Part shown: piece after piece, positions 50,455-62,484 of the stretch
Position numbering within the stretch: the stretch's first letter is position 1
Layout of the letters: every line of letters starts with the position of its first letter
Source: Octopus sinensis
Taxonomy: Eukaryota
DNA: 64,000 bases
Reading direction: 5' to 3'
NCBI RefSeq assembly: GCF_006345805.1
Contig: NC_043024.1
Span: 18,538,001 to 18,602,000, forward strand
Made by a program: the position numbers and the translations under genes
The notes under the pieces: generated by a model
What the model was told of the DNA's origin: nothing
Seen by the model: the letters and a program-made list of their open reading frames with translations, nothing else
The model's database searches: none

Positions 50455-50555
50455 ACAACTCCCTTTTCTTGACATCCCAATCAAAATAGTTAATAACCAC
50501 ATTGAAACAGACATCTTCTATAAACCCACAGATTCTAAACAATACCTATTATCTG
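50455..50555 (+). mobile_element. Penelope-like RT thumb fragment
   Basis: QLPFLDIPIKIVNNHIETDIFYKPTDSKQYLL is homologous to ELPFLDILIKKINLKIETDIFYKATDAKQYLL in the 20.8-24.2 kb PLE. Confidence 0.8.
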
Positions 50556-50599
50556 TCTGTCCCCATCCTCACAGATTCTCGTCGATGGTCACATCTGCA

Positions 50600-51015
50600 G
50601 TAGGCTAAAAGACATCAGAACTGGTGAATATCAGCAGTGGAGGACTGCAGTCTTTTCTTACAAAAGTCGATGTTGCATTTCTGTGGCAGATGGCAGAGCA
50701 AGGGTTAGGAGAAGAAGGGGCGAATGCCAATGGCTGTGTGGTGGACAGAGACTCATTAAGAGGACAGTGTACCATGGTATGGGGCGGGATTGTGCACAAC
50801 CAGAAACTTTTGGACTGGTGGTCTTCCAAAACAGATTGGCCAAGGCCAGGGCAATGGAGTAACCACTGCTCGCTGCACTGACCAAGTGATGAGGCTTCCC
50901 ATTGTGCAATATTTTGCCCATCATCGGAATCACGTTCCAACATGACAACGCCCATTCCCATACTGCCAGGTTGACAACAGACTTCCTCAAACAGCACAGC
51001 ATCCATACACTGCCA
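50600..51015 (+). mobile_element. Tc1-type transposase DDE-domain relic
   Basis: WRTAVFSYKSRCC...DGRARVRRRRGE...TMVWGGIVH...FQHDNAHSHTARLTTDFLKQHSIHTLP across frameshifts. Confidence 0.8.
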
Positions 51016-53207
51016 TGTAGATGTACTTATTTATCTACCCATTTAATTTGGATGAAATCAATATTGAAAAAGCTTTGATAATAATTTAAAACAATCTCCC
51101 AAATCCACTCACAAGGCTTTGGTCAGTAAAGGACTATAGCAGAAGGCACTTGTCCAAGATGCCATACTGTGGGATTGAACCCAGAACCATGAAGCTACTA
51201 AGGGAGCTTCTGCAAAACACAACCATACCCTCAACGAGTCCTTGTTTTTTTTTATCAGGAGATGATCTCAGAAGAATGAGAGGTACAGTTAAACCAGGTG
51301 AGATTTGAACTCCAGAAAATAGAGCAACATTATGGAAACAAGAAAACCATATCATCAGTCTTTCTCTACTAGATATGCTAATGTGTTGTTGAGGCACAGT
51401 TGTATAATATAAACATGATTTAATTAGTTCATCAATCAGCAAGGGCCTAATTTTATTTACGATTATTAGAATAATTAGCAATCCATTGAAAACTGCTGGC
51501 AAAATCAACAAAGATGGGGCAAAGATGCATGAAAATAGGTTTAATTTGTGAAACAAATAATGAGATCTATGCATGACCTTTGATTCCAGTTTCCACAATA
51601 TGGCCTACAGGAGAAATTTAATGATACTAACGGGAGATTTCTCTCTCCATTATTCAATAAGATTCCCAGAAATTATTTCACATTCAAATTATTCTTGAAA
51701 TTTATATATCACATTCGTCATTTGTCTTGGTTGTAATAACGACTTTATCCAAATTATATCTTTGGTCTTCCATTGTCTTTGACTGTAATAACGAATTTCT
51801 CCAAAATTATAACCAGATATTCCTCTCCATTAAAGGAATTCTATCACAGTCTATCCTTTGTCTTTATTGTAATAACACCGAAATCCAAACACGCACCATA
51901 TACCGTGACTTTTCTTATATTACACAGCTCTTTTATGGCATCCATAAATTTCTTCAGAAAGCTGCAATTCCATCGATTACATGCGATTGATACTAATCTT
52001 GTAAATTGGAATGAGTTAGCATTAACTTCTAAGACAGTAAAACGTCATCTTCTCTTCATTGAGATTTGAGATCGATATCAGAGAAAGGAAAGACTTTGAG
52101 CAGCTTTTCTTAAAGATGGAATTCTTTGAGTGATAATTCTATGTAACAAAATTTTAATTTCTTTTTTTTTGTATATGGTTAGTGTTATTTCCTATTTGCT
52201 TCTCTTTGGAAATCAAAGGAAATAACTACCATTCCTTTCAAACTTTGCTTTTGTCTCCTGGATATCGATGGTTTGAAATTGTTATTTCCTATTTGCTTGC
52301 CTCGAAAGTAAGAAAAATGGCTAAGATTTCCTTCGAACTTTGCTTTTCTTACATTTATCCAAACTCCAGAGAATCCCTCTCAACACATGGTTATGAAGCT
52401 TCCCCACTACTTCTGCTCATCATCAGAGATGCACATAACTGACCTATTTTCCATTACATTCCACACAGATTCAGCACACTGGGTTGCTGAAGCAGAAATA
52501 TCATTATAGCAAATATTCTGCTCAATACCACAGATTTGCTTGTTGTCTTTGGTCAGTAAGAGTTATTTCCTATTTGCTTCTATCTAGAAATCAAAGGAAA
52601 TCACTACCATTCCCTTCAAACTTTGCTTTTCTGACCTGGACATCAATGTTTCCAAACTGACCAATTTTCCATTACATTTCACACAGATTCAGCACTGAGT
52701 TGCTGATGCAGAAATATCATTATGGCGAATATTCTGCCCAATATCACAGTGATACTTGTCAGTTGATTGACCTTAACCTGTTGAGCATGTCCCTTAGTGG
52801 CTAACAATACATTATAGCAAATATTCTGCTCAATATCACAGATTTGTTTGTCAGTTGTTTGACCTTAACCAGTTGAGCATGTCCCTTAGAAGCTGACAAT
52901 ATGTGCATCTCTGATGATGAACAGGAGTAGTGGGGGAGCATCTTGGCCATGTGTTGAGGGAGATTCTTTGGGGTTTGAATAAATGTAAGAAAAGCAAAGT
53001 TTGAAGGAAACATAAGCCATTTTTCATACTTTCTAGGGGTTAGCAATTAGGAAATAACAGTTGCTACCCAAGGGTAAAAATCGTGTAATACAGTATAATG
53101 GATGAGGTTCAAGAAAACAAAAGCTGTGATTGATTTTGGATAATCAAGGATTCTACCAAAAGAATTCTGTGATTCATGGCTGATTTCTCGACAACAAATT
53201 AATAATA

Positions 53208-53616
53208 GGTGCAGGAGTGGCTGTGTGGTAAGTAGCTTGCTAACCAACCACATGGTTCTGGGTTCAGTCCCACTGCATGGCATCTTGGGCAAGTGTCTTC
53301 TGCTATAGCCCCGGGCCGACCAATGCCTTGTGAGTGGATTTGGTAGACGGAAACAGAAAGAAGCCCGTCGTATATATGTATATGTATATATGTGTGTGTT
53401 TGTGTGTCTGTGTTTGTCCCCTTAGAATTGCTTAACAACCGATGCTGTTGTGTTTATGTCCCCGTCACTTAGCGGTTCGGCAAAAGAGACTGATAGAATA
53501 AGTACTGGGCTTACAAAGAATAAATCCCGGGGTCGATTTGCTCGACTAAAGGCGGTGCTCCAGCATGGCCGCAGTCAAATGACTGAAACAAGTAAAAGAG
53601 AGAGAGAGTAAAGAGT
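53208..53616 (+). mobile_element. SINE-A, full length
   Basis: Family head and tail. Confidence 0.9.
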
Positions 53617-54125
53617 AATCAACATGGTTTAACCGGAATAAACTTGATATTTAAATCATTAATTTTAAATCAGTCAACTCAATTTAACTGCAATAAACTT
53701 GATGTTTAAATCATTGTTTAAATCAAAAGTCAACATGATTTAAACAGAATAAACTTGTTATTTAAATCATTAATCTTAAATCAACTCAGTTCAACTGGAA
53801 TAACATTGATTAAATCATTAATAGTTGATCATAAAGCAAAAGCCAATATGATTCAACTGGAATAAACTTGGTATTCAACTAATTAATCTTGAATCAAAGT
53901 TAACATGATTTAACCAGAATAATCTTGATAATTAAATCAGTTGTCTTAAATTAAACGTCAACTCAATTTAACTGGAATAAACTTAACACTGAAATCATTG
54001 TTTAAATCATTAATCATTACTCTTAAATCAAAAGTGAACATGGTTTAACTGGAATAATCTTGCTGTTTAAATCGTTATTTTTTAATCATAAGTCAGTATG
54101 ATTTATAACTGGAGTGAACTGGATG
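53617..54125. repeat. Degenerate AT-rich minisatellite (~50-60 bp units)
   Basis: About 9 recurrences of AAC(A/T)YRRTTYAACNGGAATAAACTTG...TAAATCATT. Confidence 0.7.
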
Positions 54126-54169
54126 CTTAAACATATTAGTCATTAGTCAAATTAGTAGAACCGTGGTGC

Positions 54170-54955
54170 CATGTAAAAAGTATTGGTATGAGTGCTGGTG
54201 CCATGTAAAATGCACCCAGCACACTCTGTGGGATGGTTGGCATTAGGAAGGGCATCTTGCTGTAAAAACCATATAATAACAAGCAATGGAACTTGGTACA
54301 GGCCCTGGCCTTGCCACTTCCTGTGTAACTGTCCAACTCACGTCAGCATGGAAAATGGACATTAAATGTTGATGAGTGAGTCCATAACCCGTGGCCTTCT
54401 ACATGGGATGGAGCCAGCCTACGTATGCATACCTTCCCTTCTTGGGACACAAAACTCTACTTGTGAAGACGTGATGAGGCAAGTGAGGATCAGAATCGAA
54501 ATCGATCAATGGAAATTGCGGATGTGCTACCAGTGCCGGTGGCATGTCAAAACTCTGCTTGTGAAGACCCGTTAAGGCAAGTGACGATCAGAATCGAAAT
54601 CGATCAATGGAAATCGATCAATGGAAATTGCAGATGTGTTACCAGTGCCGGTGGCATGTAAGAGAACTTTCCGTTTCGCAACCGTTGCCAGCACTGCCCC
54701 GTTTCGTGTCCATTGCCAGCCTCGCCTGGCACATAAAAAGCACCATCCGTTCGTGGCCGTTTGCCAGCTCTGTCTGGCACCAGTGCGGGTGGCACGTAAA
54801 AAGCACCCACTACACTCACGGAGTGGTTGGCGTTAGGAAGGGCATCCAGCCGTAGAAACACTGCCAGATTTGACTGGGCCTGATGAAGCCTTCTGGCTTC
54901 ACAGACCCAAGTAGAACCGTCCAACCCATGCTAGCATGGAAAACGGACGCTAAAC

Positions 54956-54986
<31 letters not shown>

Positions 54987-55000
54987 TTGATGATGATGAT
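54170..55000 (+). mobile_element. RTE-type 3' UTR copies with a ~100-bp internal tandem duplication
   Basis: 54450-54548 repeated at 54549-54658; similar to 20075-20180; ends in (GAT)n. Confidence 0.75.
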
Positions 55001-55488
55001 TGCTGTGGTTAAAAAGAATCACCCTAATTTATCATTGATTTTTGTCACCACTGTCATCATCATCATCGTCATCCTTCTTCTCATCATCATCATCATCATC
55101 ACCATCATTATCATCAACATCATCCTTGTCAGTTGACATCTATCTTCCCTGCTGGCATGGGTTGGATGGTTTGGCAGAACCATTGAGCAAGGAACTACAT
55201 CATGGTTGAATGCTTATTTTGACATGGTTTCTGCAGTTAGCTGTCTTTCCTAACACCAACCACTTTACAGCATATACAGGGTGATTTTCTCCTGGCACCA
55301 GCATTAGTGAGGTGACCATGCAATTAGAAGCACCTTTGACTGAGTGAGGCAACTGTCGAGAAGGCAGCAGCTTTATACTAGGAGATGAGAGATTGTAGCA
55401 TGAGCAGGGAACAGAACAGATTTCTTCATATAGAGTAGCTACATGGATAACCCTCATTATATAAGGGTGGAAGGGGTAACTGAGAAAA

Positions 55489-56276
55489 GGCGGTGAGCTG
55501 GCAGAATCGTTAGCACACCAGGTAAAAAGCTCAGTGGTATTTCGTCTGCCGTTACGTTCTGAGTTCAAATTCCGCCGAGCTCGACTTTGCCTTTCATCCT
55601 TTCGGGGTGGATAAATTAAGTACCAGTTACACACTAGGGTCGATGTAATCGACTTAATTCATATGTCTGTCCTTGTTTGTCCCCTCAGTGTTTAGCCCCT
55701 TGTGGGTAGTAAAGAAATAGGCATTTTGTCTGCCGTTATGTTCTGAGTTCAAATTCCACCGAGGTCGACTTTGCTTTTCATCCTTTTGGGGTCGATAAAT
55801 TAAGCACCAGTTATGCACTGGGGTCGATGTAATCGACTTAATTCGTTTGTCTGTCCTTGTTTGTCCCCTCTGTGTTTAGCCCCTTGTGGGTAGTAAAGAA
55901 ATAGGTATTTCCCCTGCTGTTACGTTCTGAGTTCAAATTCCGCTGAGGTCGACTTTGCCTTTCATCCTTTCGAGGTCGATAAATTAAGTACCAGTTACGC
56001 ACTGGGGTCGATGTAATCCACTTAATCCGTTTGTCTGTCCTTGTTTGTCCTGTCTGTGTTTAGCCCCTAGTGGGTAGTAAAGAAATAGGTATTTCGTCTG
56101 CCGCTACGTTCTGAGTTCAAATTCTGGCGAGGTCGACTTTGTCTTTCATCCTTTCGGGTTTGATAAATTAAGTACCAGTTAATGCACTGGGGTCGATGTA
56201 ATCGACTTAATCCATTTGTCTGTCCTTGTGTTTAGCTCCCTCTGTGTTTAGCTCCTTGTGGGTAGTAAAGAAATGG
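55489..56276 (+). repeat. SINE-B with four tandem ~183-186 bp bodies
   Basis: Unit starts ~55539, 55722, 55908 and 56090; one head. Possible degenerate TSD GGGTAAC(T/C)G(A/G)G. Confidence 0.9.
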
Positions 56277-56544
56277 GTAACCGGGGAAAGAAATAAAGAT
56301 GGTGGTAATGAGACATCAGGACATAGCCTGAAAATACACGCTCTTGTATGCTACAGGTAACTTGTAACCTGCTGCAACCTGTCGCATGGTTGGGTCATCA
56401 GGAATAAAGAGGTAACCCCAGCAAGCTTGCTTGGTGAGGAGGGTGATTTTCGGGCGCCACGTAGGATAAAAAACAAAATCTGAAAAACGGCGGGATAAAA
56501 AAACAGAAGCAAAACCTGCCATCAAAATTTCATTTTTTATCATT

Positions 56545-57350
56545 TACTTGTATCAATCATTTGACTGTGGACATGCTGGAGCACCACCTTGAAATGTTTT
56601 AGCTGAACAAATCGACCCCAGGACTTACTTTATATATTTTTTCCAAAGCCTAGTACTTATTCTATTGGTCTCTTTTGCTGAACCTCTAAGTTATGGGGAT
56701 ATGAACACACCAACACCAGTTGTCAAGTGATGGGGAACAAACACAAACACACACACACATACAACGGGCTTCTTTGAGTTTCCATCTGCCAAATCCACTC
56801 ACAAGGCTTTGGTCGGCTTGAGGCAATAGTAGAAAATATTTTCCCAAGGTGCCATGTAGTGGGACTGAACCTGGAACCATGTGGCAGGAAAGCCAGTTTC
56901 TTATTACACAGTCATGCCTGTGCCTATTTACTCTTTTTACTGTTTTACTTGTTTCAGTCATTTGACTGTGGCCATGCTGGAGCATCGCCTTTAGTCGAGC
57001 AAATCGACCCCAGGACTTATTCTTTGTAAACCTAGTATACTTATTCTATCGGTCTCTTTTTTGACGAACTGTTAAGTTACATGGACATAAACACACCAGC
57101 ATTGGTTGTCAAGTGATGTTGGGGGGACAAACACACACACAAACATATACACACACATACATACATATATATATACATACATATATACGACAGGCTTCTT
57201 TCAGTCTCCATCTACCAAATCCACTCACAAGGCTTTGGTCAGCCTGAGGCTATAGTAGAAGACACTTGCCCAAGGTGCCACGCAGTGGGACTGAACCCGG
57301 AACCATGTGGCTCGTAAGTAAGCTACTTACCACAGCCACTCCTACGCCTA
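56545..57350 (-). mobile_element. Two adjacent SINE-A copies
   Basis: Family motifs at 56545-56925 and 56930-57350. Confidence 0.85.
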
Positions 57351-57389
57351 AATTAATTTCTGTCCTAAACACTCTCTTAAAACCCCAAA

Positions 57390-58320
57390 ATTACTAAATT
57401 CTCCCTTATCTTCGGAATTAATTTAAACAATGGTATTTCAGCAGAACTATAACTGCAGAATGGTTAAAGTGATCTGAGTGAAAACCTGTTAAAACTTGGA
57501 ATTAATTCATTTTTCTAAACACATACAAAGGTGCCCTCCAGAAGCACACACTCATGCCTATACACACTTATAGACACACACACACACACACACACATACA
57601 CATAACTATATACAGACAGGTATGCTTCCATTCTCTCTCTAACGCACAATGATACCTTAACAACAAAAAAAGTCCTTTTACTAAATTCTTCAATATTTTC
57701 GAAATTAATTGAAGCAAACTTAATGATTTCAACGAAAATATTGCAAGAAGGGTTAAATTGATTTAAATTAAAACTTCCCATCAAAATTTCATGTTAATTT
57801 ATGTGTTCTAAATTCTACCCTAATATATAAAAAAAAAAGGTATTTTACTAATCATTCAATATTTTAAAAATTAATCTCAAAAAAAAAAAGAAAAGACAGC
57901 AGCGAACTTCAATAAAAATTTGGTAAGAGAAGGATTATAGTAATCTTAATTAACACCTTCTATCAAAATTTTACGTTAATTTATGTCCCAAACATCACCT
58001 TAATAATGATAATGATATTTTGCTTAATTCTTCCTCATTTTCAAAGTTAAATGGAAGGCTGTGCATTTCAACAGAAATAGACTAAAAAATGTTTAGCATG
58101 ATCTAATTTTAAACCTTCTATGAAAGTTCCATGCTAATTTAAGTCCCAAACATCATCACCTTAATAAGGAAAAAGCTATTTTGCTAAATTCTTCCTTCTT
58201 TTCAAAATTAATTGATACAAAGGTCGTGGATTTCAACAGAAAAATGGTAACTAAAAGGGGTTGAAGGGATCTACATTAAAACCTTCCACCAAAATGTCAT
58301 ATTAATTTATGATGCAAATA
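57390..58320. repeat. Degenerate ~165-bp satellite-like repeat (further units at 59350-59620)
   Basis: TTTT(A/G)CTAAATTCTTC...AATTAATTGA...TTTCAACAGAAA...AAAACCTTC recurs at ~57677, 57842, 58018, 58180, 59362 and 59523. Confidence 0.7.
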
Positions 58321-58324
58321 CCAG

Positions 58325-58328
<4 letters not shown>

Positions 58329-58385
<57 letters not shown>

Positions 58386-58500
58386 GTAATAATAATAATA
58401 ATAATAATAGTAATAATAATAGTAATAATAATAGTAATGGCATGCACTGCTCTCTCACTCAATAATAATAATAATAATAGTAATAATAATAATAATAATA

Positions 58501-58533
<33 letters not shown>

Positions 58534-58542
58534 TATAATAAC

Positions 58543-58582
<40 letters not shown>

Positions 58583-58757
58583 TCAACAACAACAATAATA
58601 ATAATAATAAGAAGAAGAATGAGAATAATATAATAATATAATAATAATAACAATAACAACAATAATAATAATAATGGGTATATTGGGCTTCGTATATTTT
58701 ACCCCAGTGTCACTTTGATGGCATGAACGGCTCTCTCACTCAATAATAATAATAATG

Positions 58758-58805
<48 letters not shown>
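58329..58805. repeat. (AAT)n array containing two short element-D 3' ends
   Basis: ATGGCATGCACTGCTCTCTCACTC at ~58437 and ATGGGTATATTGGGC...CTCTCTCACTC at ~58673-58741. Confidence 0.85.
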
Positions 58806-58808
<3 letters not shown>

Positions 58809-59021
58809 CGTGTTAACTGGAATGGCTCATGTACTGAGAAGAGTATTATTGCTGTGAAAACAACATCCATTCATAAATTTATTTATTTATTAATTTTTTA
58901 AATACATATTTTACCTGTGAATTTGCGTGTGTAATCTGGGAATGCATGAAATGAACTTCTCTGCCCTAGGTGTACGGAAAACACTCGGCAAGAAATAGAA
59001 GAAAATTTGAAGAAGGAAGGA

Positions 59022-59083
<62 letters not shown>

Positions 59084-59642
59084 TAATAATAATCATCATT
59101 TAATGTTCATGTTGGACAGTTTGACCAGGGCTGGCAAGCTGGAAGGCTGCACCAGACTACAATCTGATTTGGCATGGTTTCTACAGAGGTAAGCCTTTCC
59201 TAATGCCAACCACTCTGAGAGTGTAACAAGTGCTTTCATGTGCCACTGGCATGGGTGCCATTTGCATGATACCAGTATCTGCTATGACTCAAGCCCAGCA
59301 TAATGCCAAAGGTCTCAGTCATTCATCGTTGCTTCAATGAGGCCCAACATACAAAATGTTATTTTACTAAATTCTTCTCCCTTATTTTCAAAATGGATTG
59401 AAACAAAGCTTGTTCTTTTCTACAGAAATATGGTAACAAAAGGGTTAAAGTGATCCAAATTAAAACCTCCCACCAACATCTCACGTTAATTTTGGTTCTA
59501 AAAACTACCTTGATAACAAAATTATTTTACTAAATTCTTCAGAATTTTTTGAAATTAATTGAAACAAAATCAGTCTATTTCAACAGAGAAATGGTAATGA
59601 AAGGATTAGAGAACCAATCTGTGTTGGTTACGAAGATTTAAC

Positions 59643-59872
59643 AGCAGCGAGCTGGCAGAAACGTTAGCATGCCGGGCGAAATGCTTACCGGTATTTCGTC
59701 TGCCGCTACGTTCTGAGTTCAAATTCTGCCAAGGTCGACTTTGCCTTTCATTCTTTTGGGGTCGATTAAATAAATACCAGTTACGCACTGTGGTCGATAT
59801 AATCGACTTAATCCATTTGTCTGTCCTTGTTTGTCCTCTCTGTGTTTAGCCCTTTGTGGGTAGTAAGGAAAT
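59643..59872 (+). mobile_element. SINE-B monomer
   Basis: Head plus one body. Approximate TSD TA(C/T)GAAGATTTA. Confidence 0.85.
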
Positions 59873-60155
59873 CGGCTATGAAGATTTAGATGTAATTGCA
59901 TCGTTTCTTTTGTGACCACATAGGTCTGAAGTTCGCCCTCACAGCTTAGCACCTTGGGCAAGTATCTTGATTAATATCTTGATCAATCCTTAGCGGGACA
60001 AAACTGAAAACAACAAATTGATACCAGTTCTTCTGTGGTAGAACTATTTTGCTTTCCACATCATGAATATTAATAAGAATAATTATTTCTCTTAGCCTTC
60101 CAAAATCGATCAAATTATAATACCAGTCATGTGCTGCGGTCTACATTAACAAGGT

Positions 60156-60570
60156 TACTCTTTACTCTTTTACTTGTTTCAATCATTTGACTGCGGCCAT
60201 GCTGGAGCACCACCTTTAGTCGAGCAAATCAACCCTGGGACTTATTCTTTGTAGGACTAGTACTTATTCTATTGATCTCTTTTGCTGAACCGCTAAGTAA
60301 CAGGGATGTAAACACACCAACATTGGTTGTCAAGCAATGCTAGGGGGACAAACACAGACACAAACATACATACACATATATATATATATATATATACATA
60401 TATACAACGGGCTTCTTTCAGTTTCCGTCTACGAAATCCACTCACAAGGCTTTGGTCGGCCCGAGGCTATAGTAAAAGACACTTGCCCAAGATGCCACGC
60501 AGTGGGACTGAACCCGAAACCCAAAACCATGTGGCTGGTAAGCAAGCTACTTACCACACAACCACTCCTG
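60156..60570 (-). mobile_element. SINE-A, full length
   Basis: Family motifs. Confidence 0.88.
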
Positions 60571-61198
60571 TCAACATCTTAGAAATGAAACATTGAATAA
60601 TGCGGTTGGATCTTATTTGAGGACAGATGTGGTTGCTATTTCTAGCACATCTAGTGACCATGCATGGACTACCTGCTTTGTTTCATCACAACAGGTGTTT
60701 TATTTTCTTACCTGTTTATTGATTCATTCAATCACAATTCCATTAGTGAAATATTTAATATTCCGATTTCTCCATCGTGACACGTTAAAGTCTCTTAAAC
60801 ATGGCTTCTCTGTAAATTGTTAAATCTATGATATATTGAGGCAAAAGTTTAGAGACACACACACACGTGCATTCACACATGCATGAACAAACATGCACAG
60901 AAATACACTCCTACAAACGTATATACATTTACATATACATGTATACACACAAAACTTTTATATACAACACATGCACATACACATACGCACACAAACACAT
61001 GGGCTCATACTACATTCAAAACCTCACACAAGAAATCAGGCTGCCAACATGTGTGTGCGTCTGTGTGTACACACACACACACACATATACATACACACAC
61101 ACATATATATATATAAATATATGCATATATACATACATATATGTACATACCTATATGTATATCTATATATATGCTATATACATACATATATGTACATA

Positions 61199-61245
<47 letters not shown>

Positions 61246-61336
61246 ATATATATAATGTAAATATATATAAATATATGCGTATATACAGACATATATGTTA
61301 CATACCTACATATTATGTATATATACATACATATAT

Positions 61337-61392
<56 letters not shown>

Positions 61393-61394
61393 TA

Positions 61395-62330
61395 TGCCAT
61401 ATATGGGTATAGGCACAAAAAACGTTGAACACAATGAGGAAACATAAAAACAAAAACACTGAAACGAACCTTTTTTTCAAAAAACGAATAAAACAGAGAA
61501 ACGAGACATACAACATAAAGAATATTCCCCTTCTTCAGTTGTCCATGTTTCATCTACTCCGCATTTCGAAGGTAAGGACAAGACGCGACTTCGTTGAAAC
61601 AGTCCTTCCCGCAAAGCAAATTAAATAAAATTTGGGATTTTTTGCGGAGGATGAAAGTGGTAACAAGAACAGGAGAGTGAGAAGAAGACAGTTAAAGCAA
61701 TAAAAAAGTAAAAACGGTAAATGACAAAACAATGAGAATAAAACAGTAAAAACAAACGGTGAGGGCTGTTAAGCCGGAACAAAAGGAAAAATTATTTTGA
61801 GCGCTTAAGGAGACGAGCTTATGAAGAGACAGGATAAGCCTGTTTAGTCTTTATGAAGGTAGTAGTCAGAAAGATGGTTTCCCTCTCATCATGTGTCAGC
61901 GACGAGAGAGTCAAAGAGGAGGAGTGAGAGGGAGGGAACGGTGAAGGGGAGAGGAGAAGAATAGAGAAGGGTGATTATTAAGATAAAACTTACTTGGAAA
62001 AGGATGTGTGGCATTCGATCATATAATAATATAAATAATATATAAATATATGCATATATACATACATATATGTACATACCTACATATATATGTATATATA
62101 CATGCGTATATGGGTACAGGACATCAAAATAACGTTGAACACAATGAGAAATGAAAACTTAAAAACAAAAACATAGAAACGAACTTTTTTTCAAACAACG
62201 ACAAAAAAAGCCAGTGAAACAAGACATACAACACAAGGAATATTCCCCTTCTTCAGTTGTCCCTGTTTCATTTACTCCTCGTTCCGAAAGTAAGGACCAG
62301 ACGCGAAACAGTCCTTCCCACAAAGCAAAT
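61395..62330. repeat. Two related (TA)n-flanked repeat modules
   Basis: 61395-61625 and 62100-62330 are homologous (AACGTTGAACACAATGAG...AATATTCCCCTTCTTCAGTTGTCC...GAAACAGTCCTTCCC). Confidence 0.75.
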
Positions 62331-62372
62331 TATACACACCACCACACACACACACACACACACACACACCAT

Positions 62373-62410
<38 letters not shown>

Positions 62411-62484
62411 ATATACACAGACATGACAGAGGTAATAGATACTCATAAAACATTATTTTATGTTTATTTTATTTTGAAAAGGCT

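Noticed and set aside
51720-51990. FVITVKDNGRP on the minus strand as a cadherin fragment
   Set aside because: Surrounded by stops and part of a three-unit degenerate nucleotide repeat; no other cadherin motifs.
56448-56460. TGGCGCCCGAA on the minus strand, resembling a tRNA-Lys primer-binding site
   Set aside because: Only 11 nt match, no preceding LTR CA end, and no gag-like ORF.
1723-61361. Long ORFs rich in Ile, Met, Tyr, His, Asp or Thr in the ORF track
   Set aside because: They are translations of (AAT), (GAT), (CAT), (TA), (CA) and (TCTA) microsatellites that lack stops by composition. The Met-rich ones lack reflectin-type motifs.
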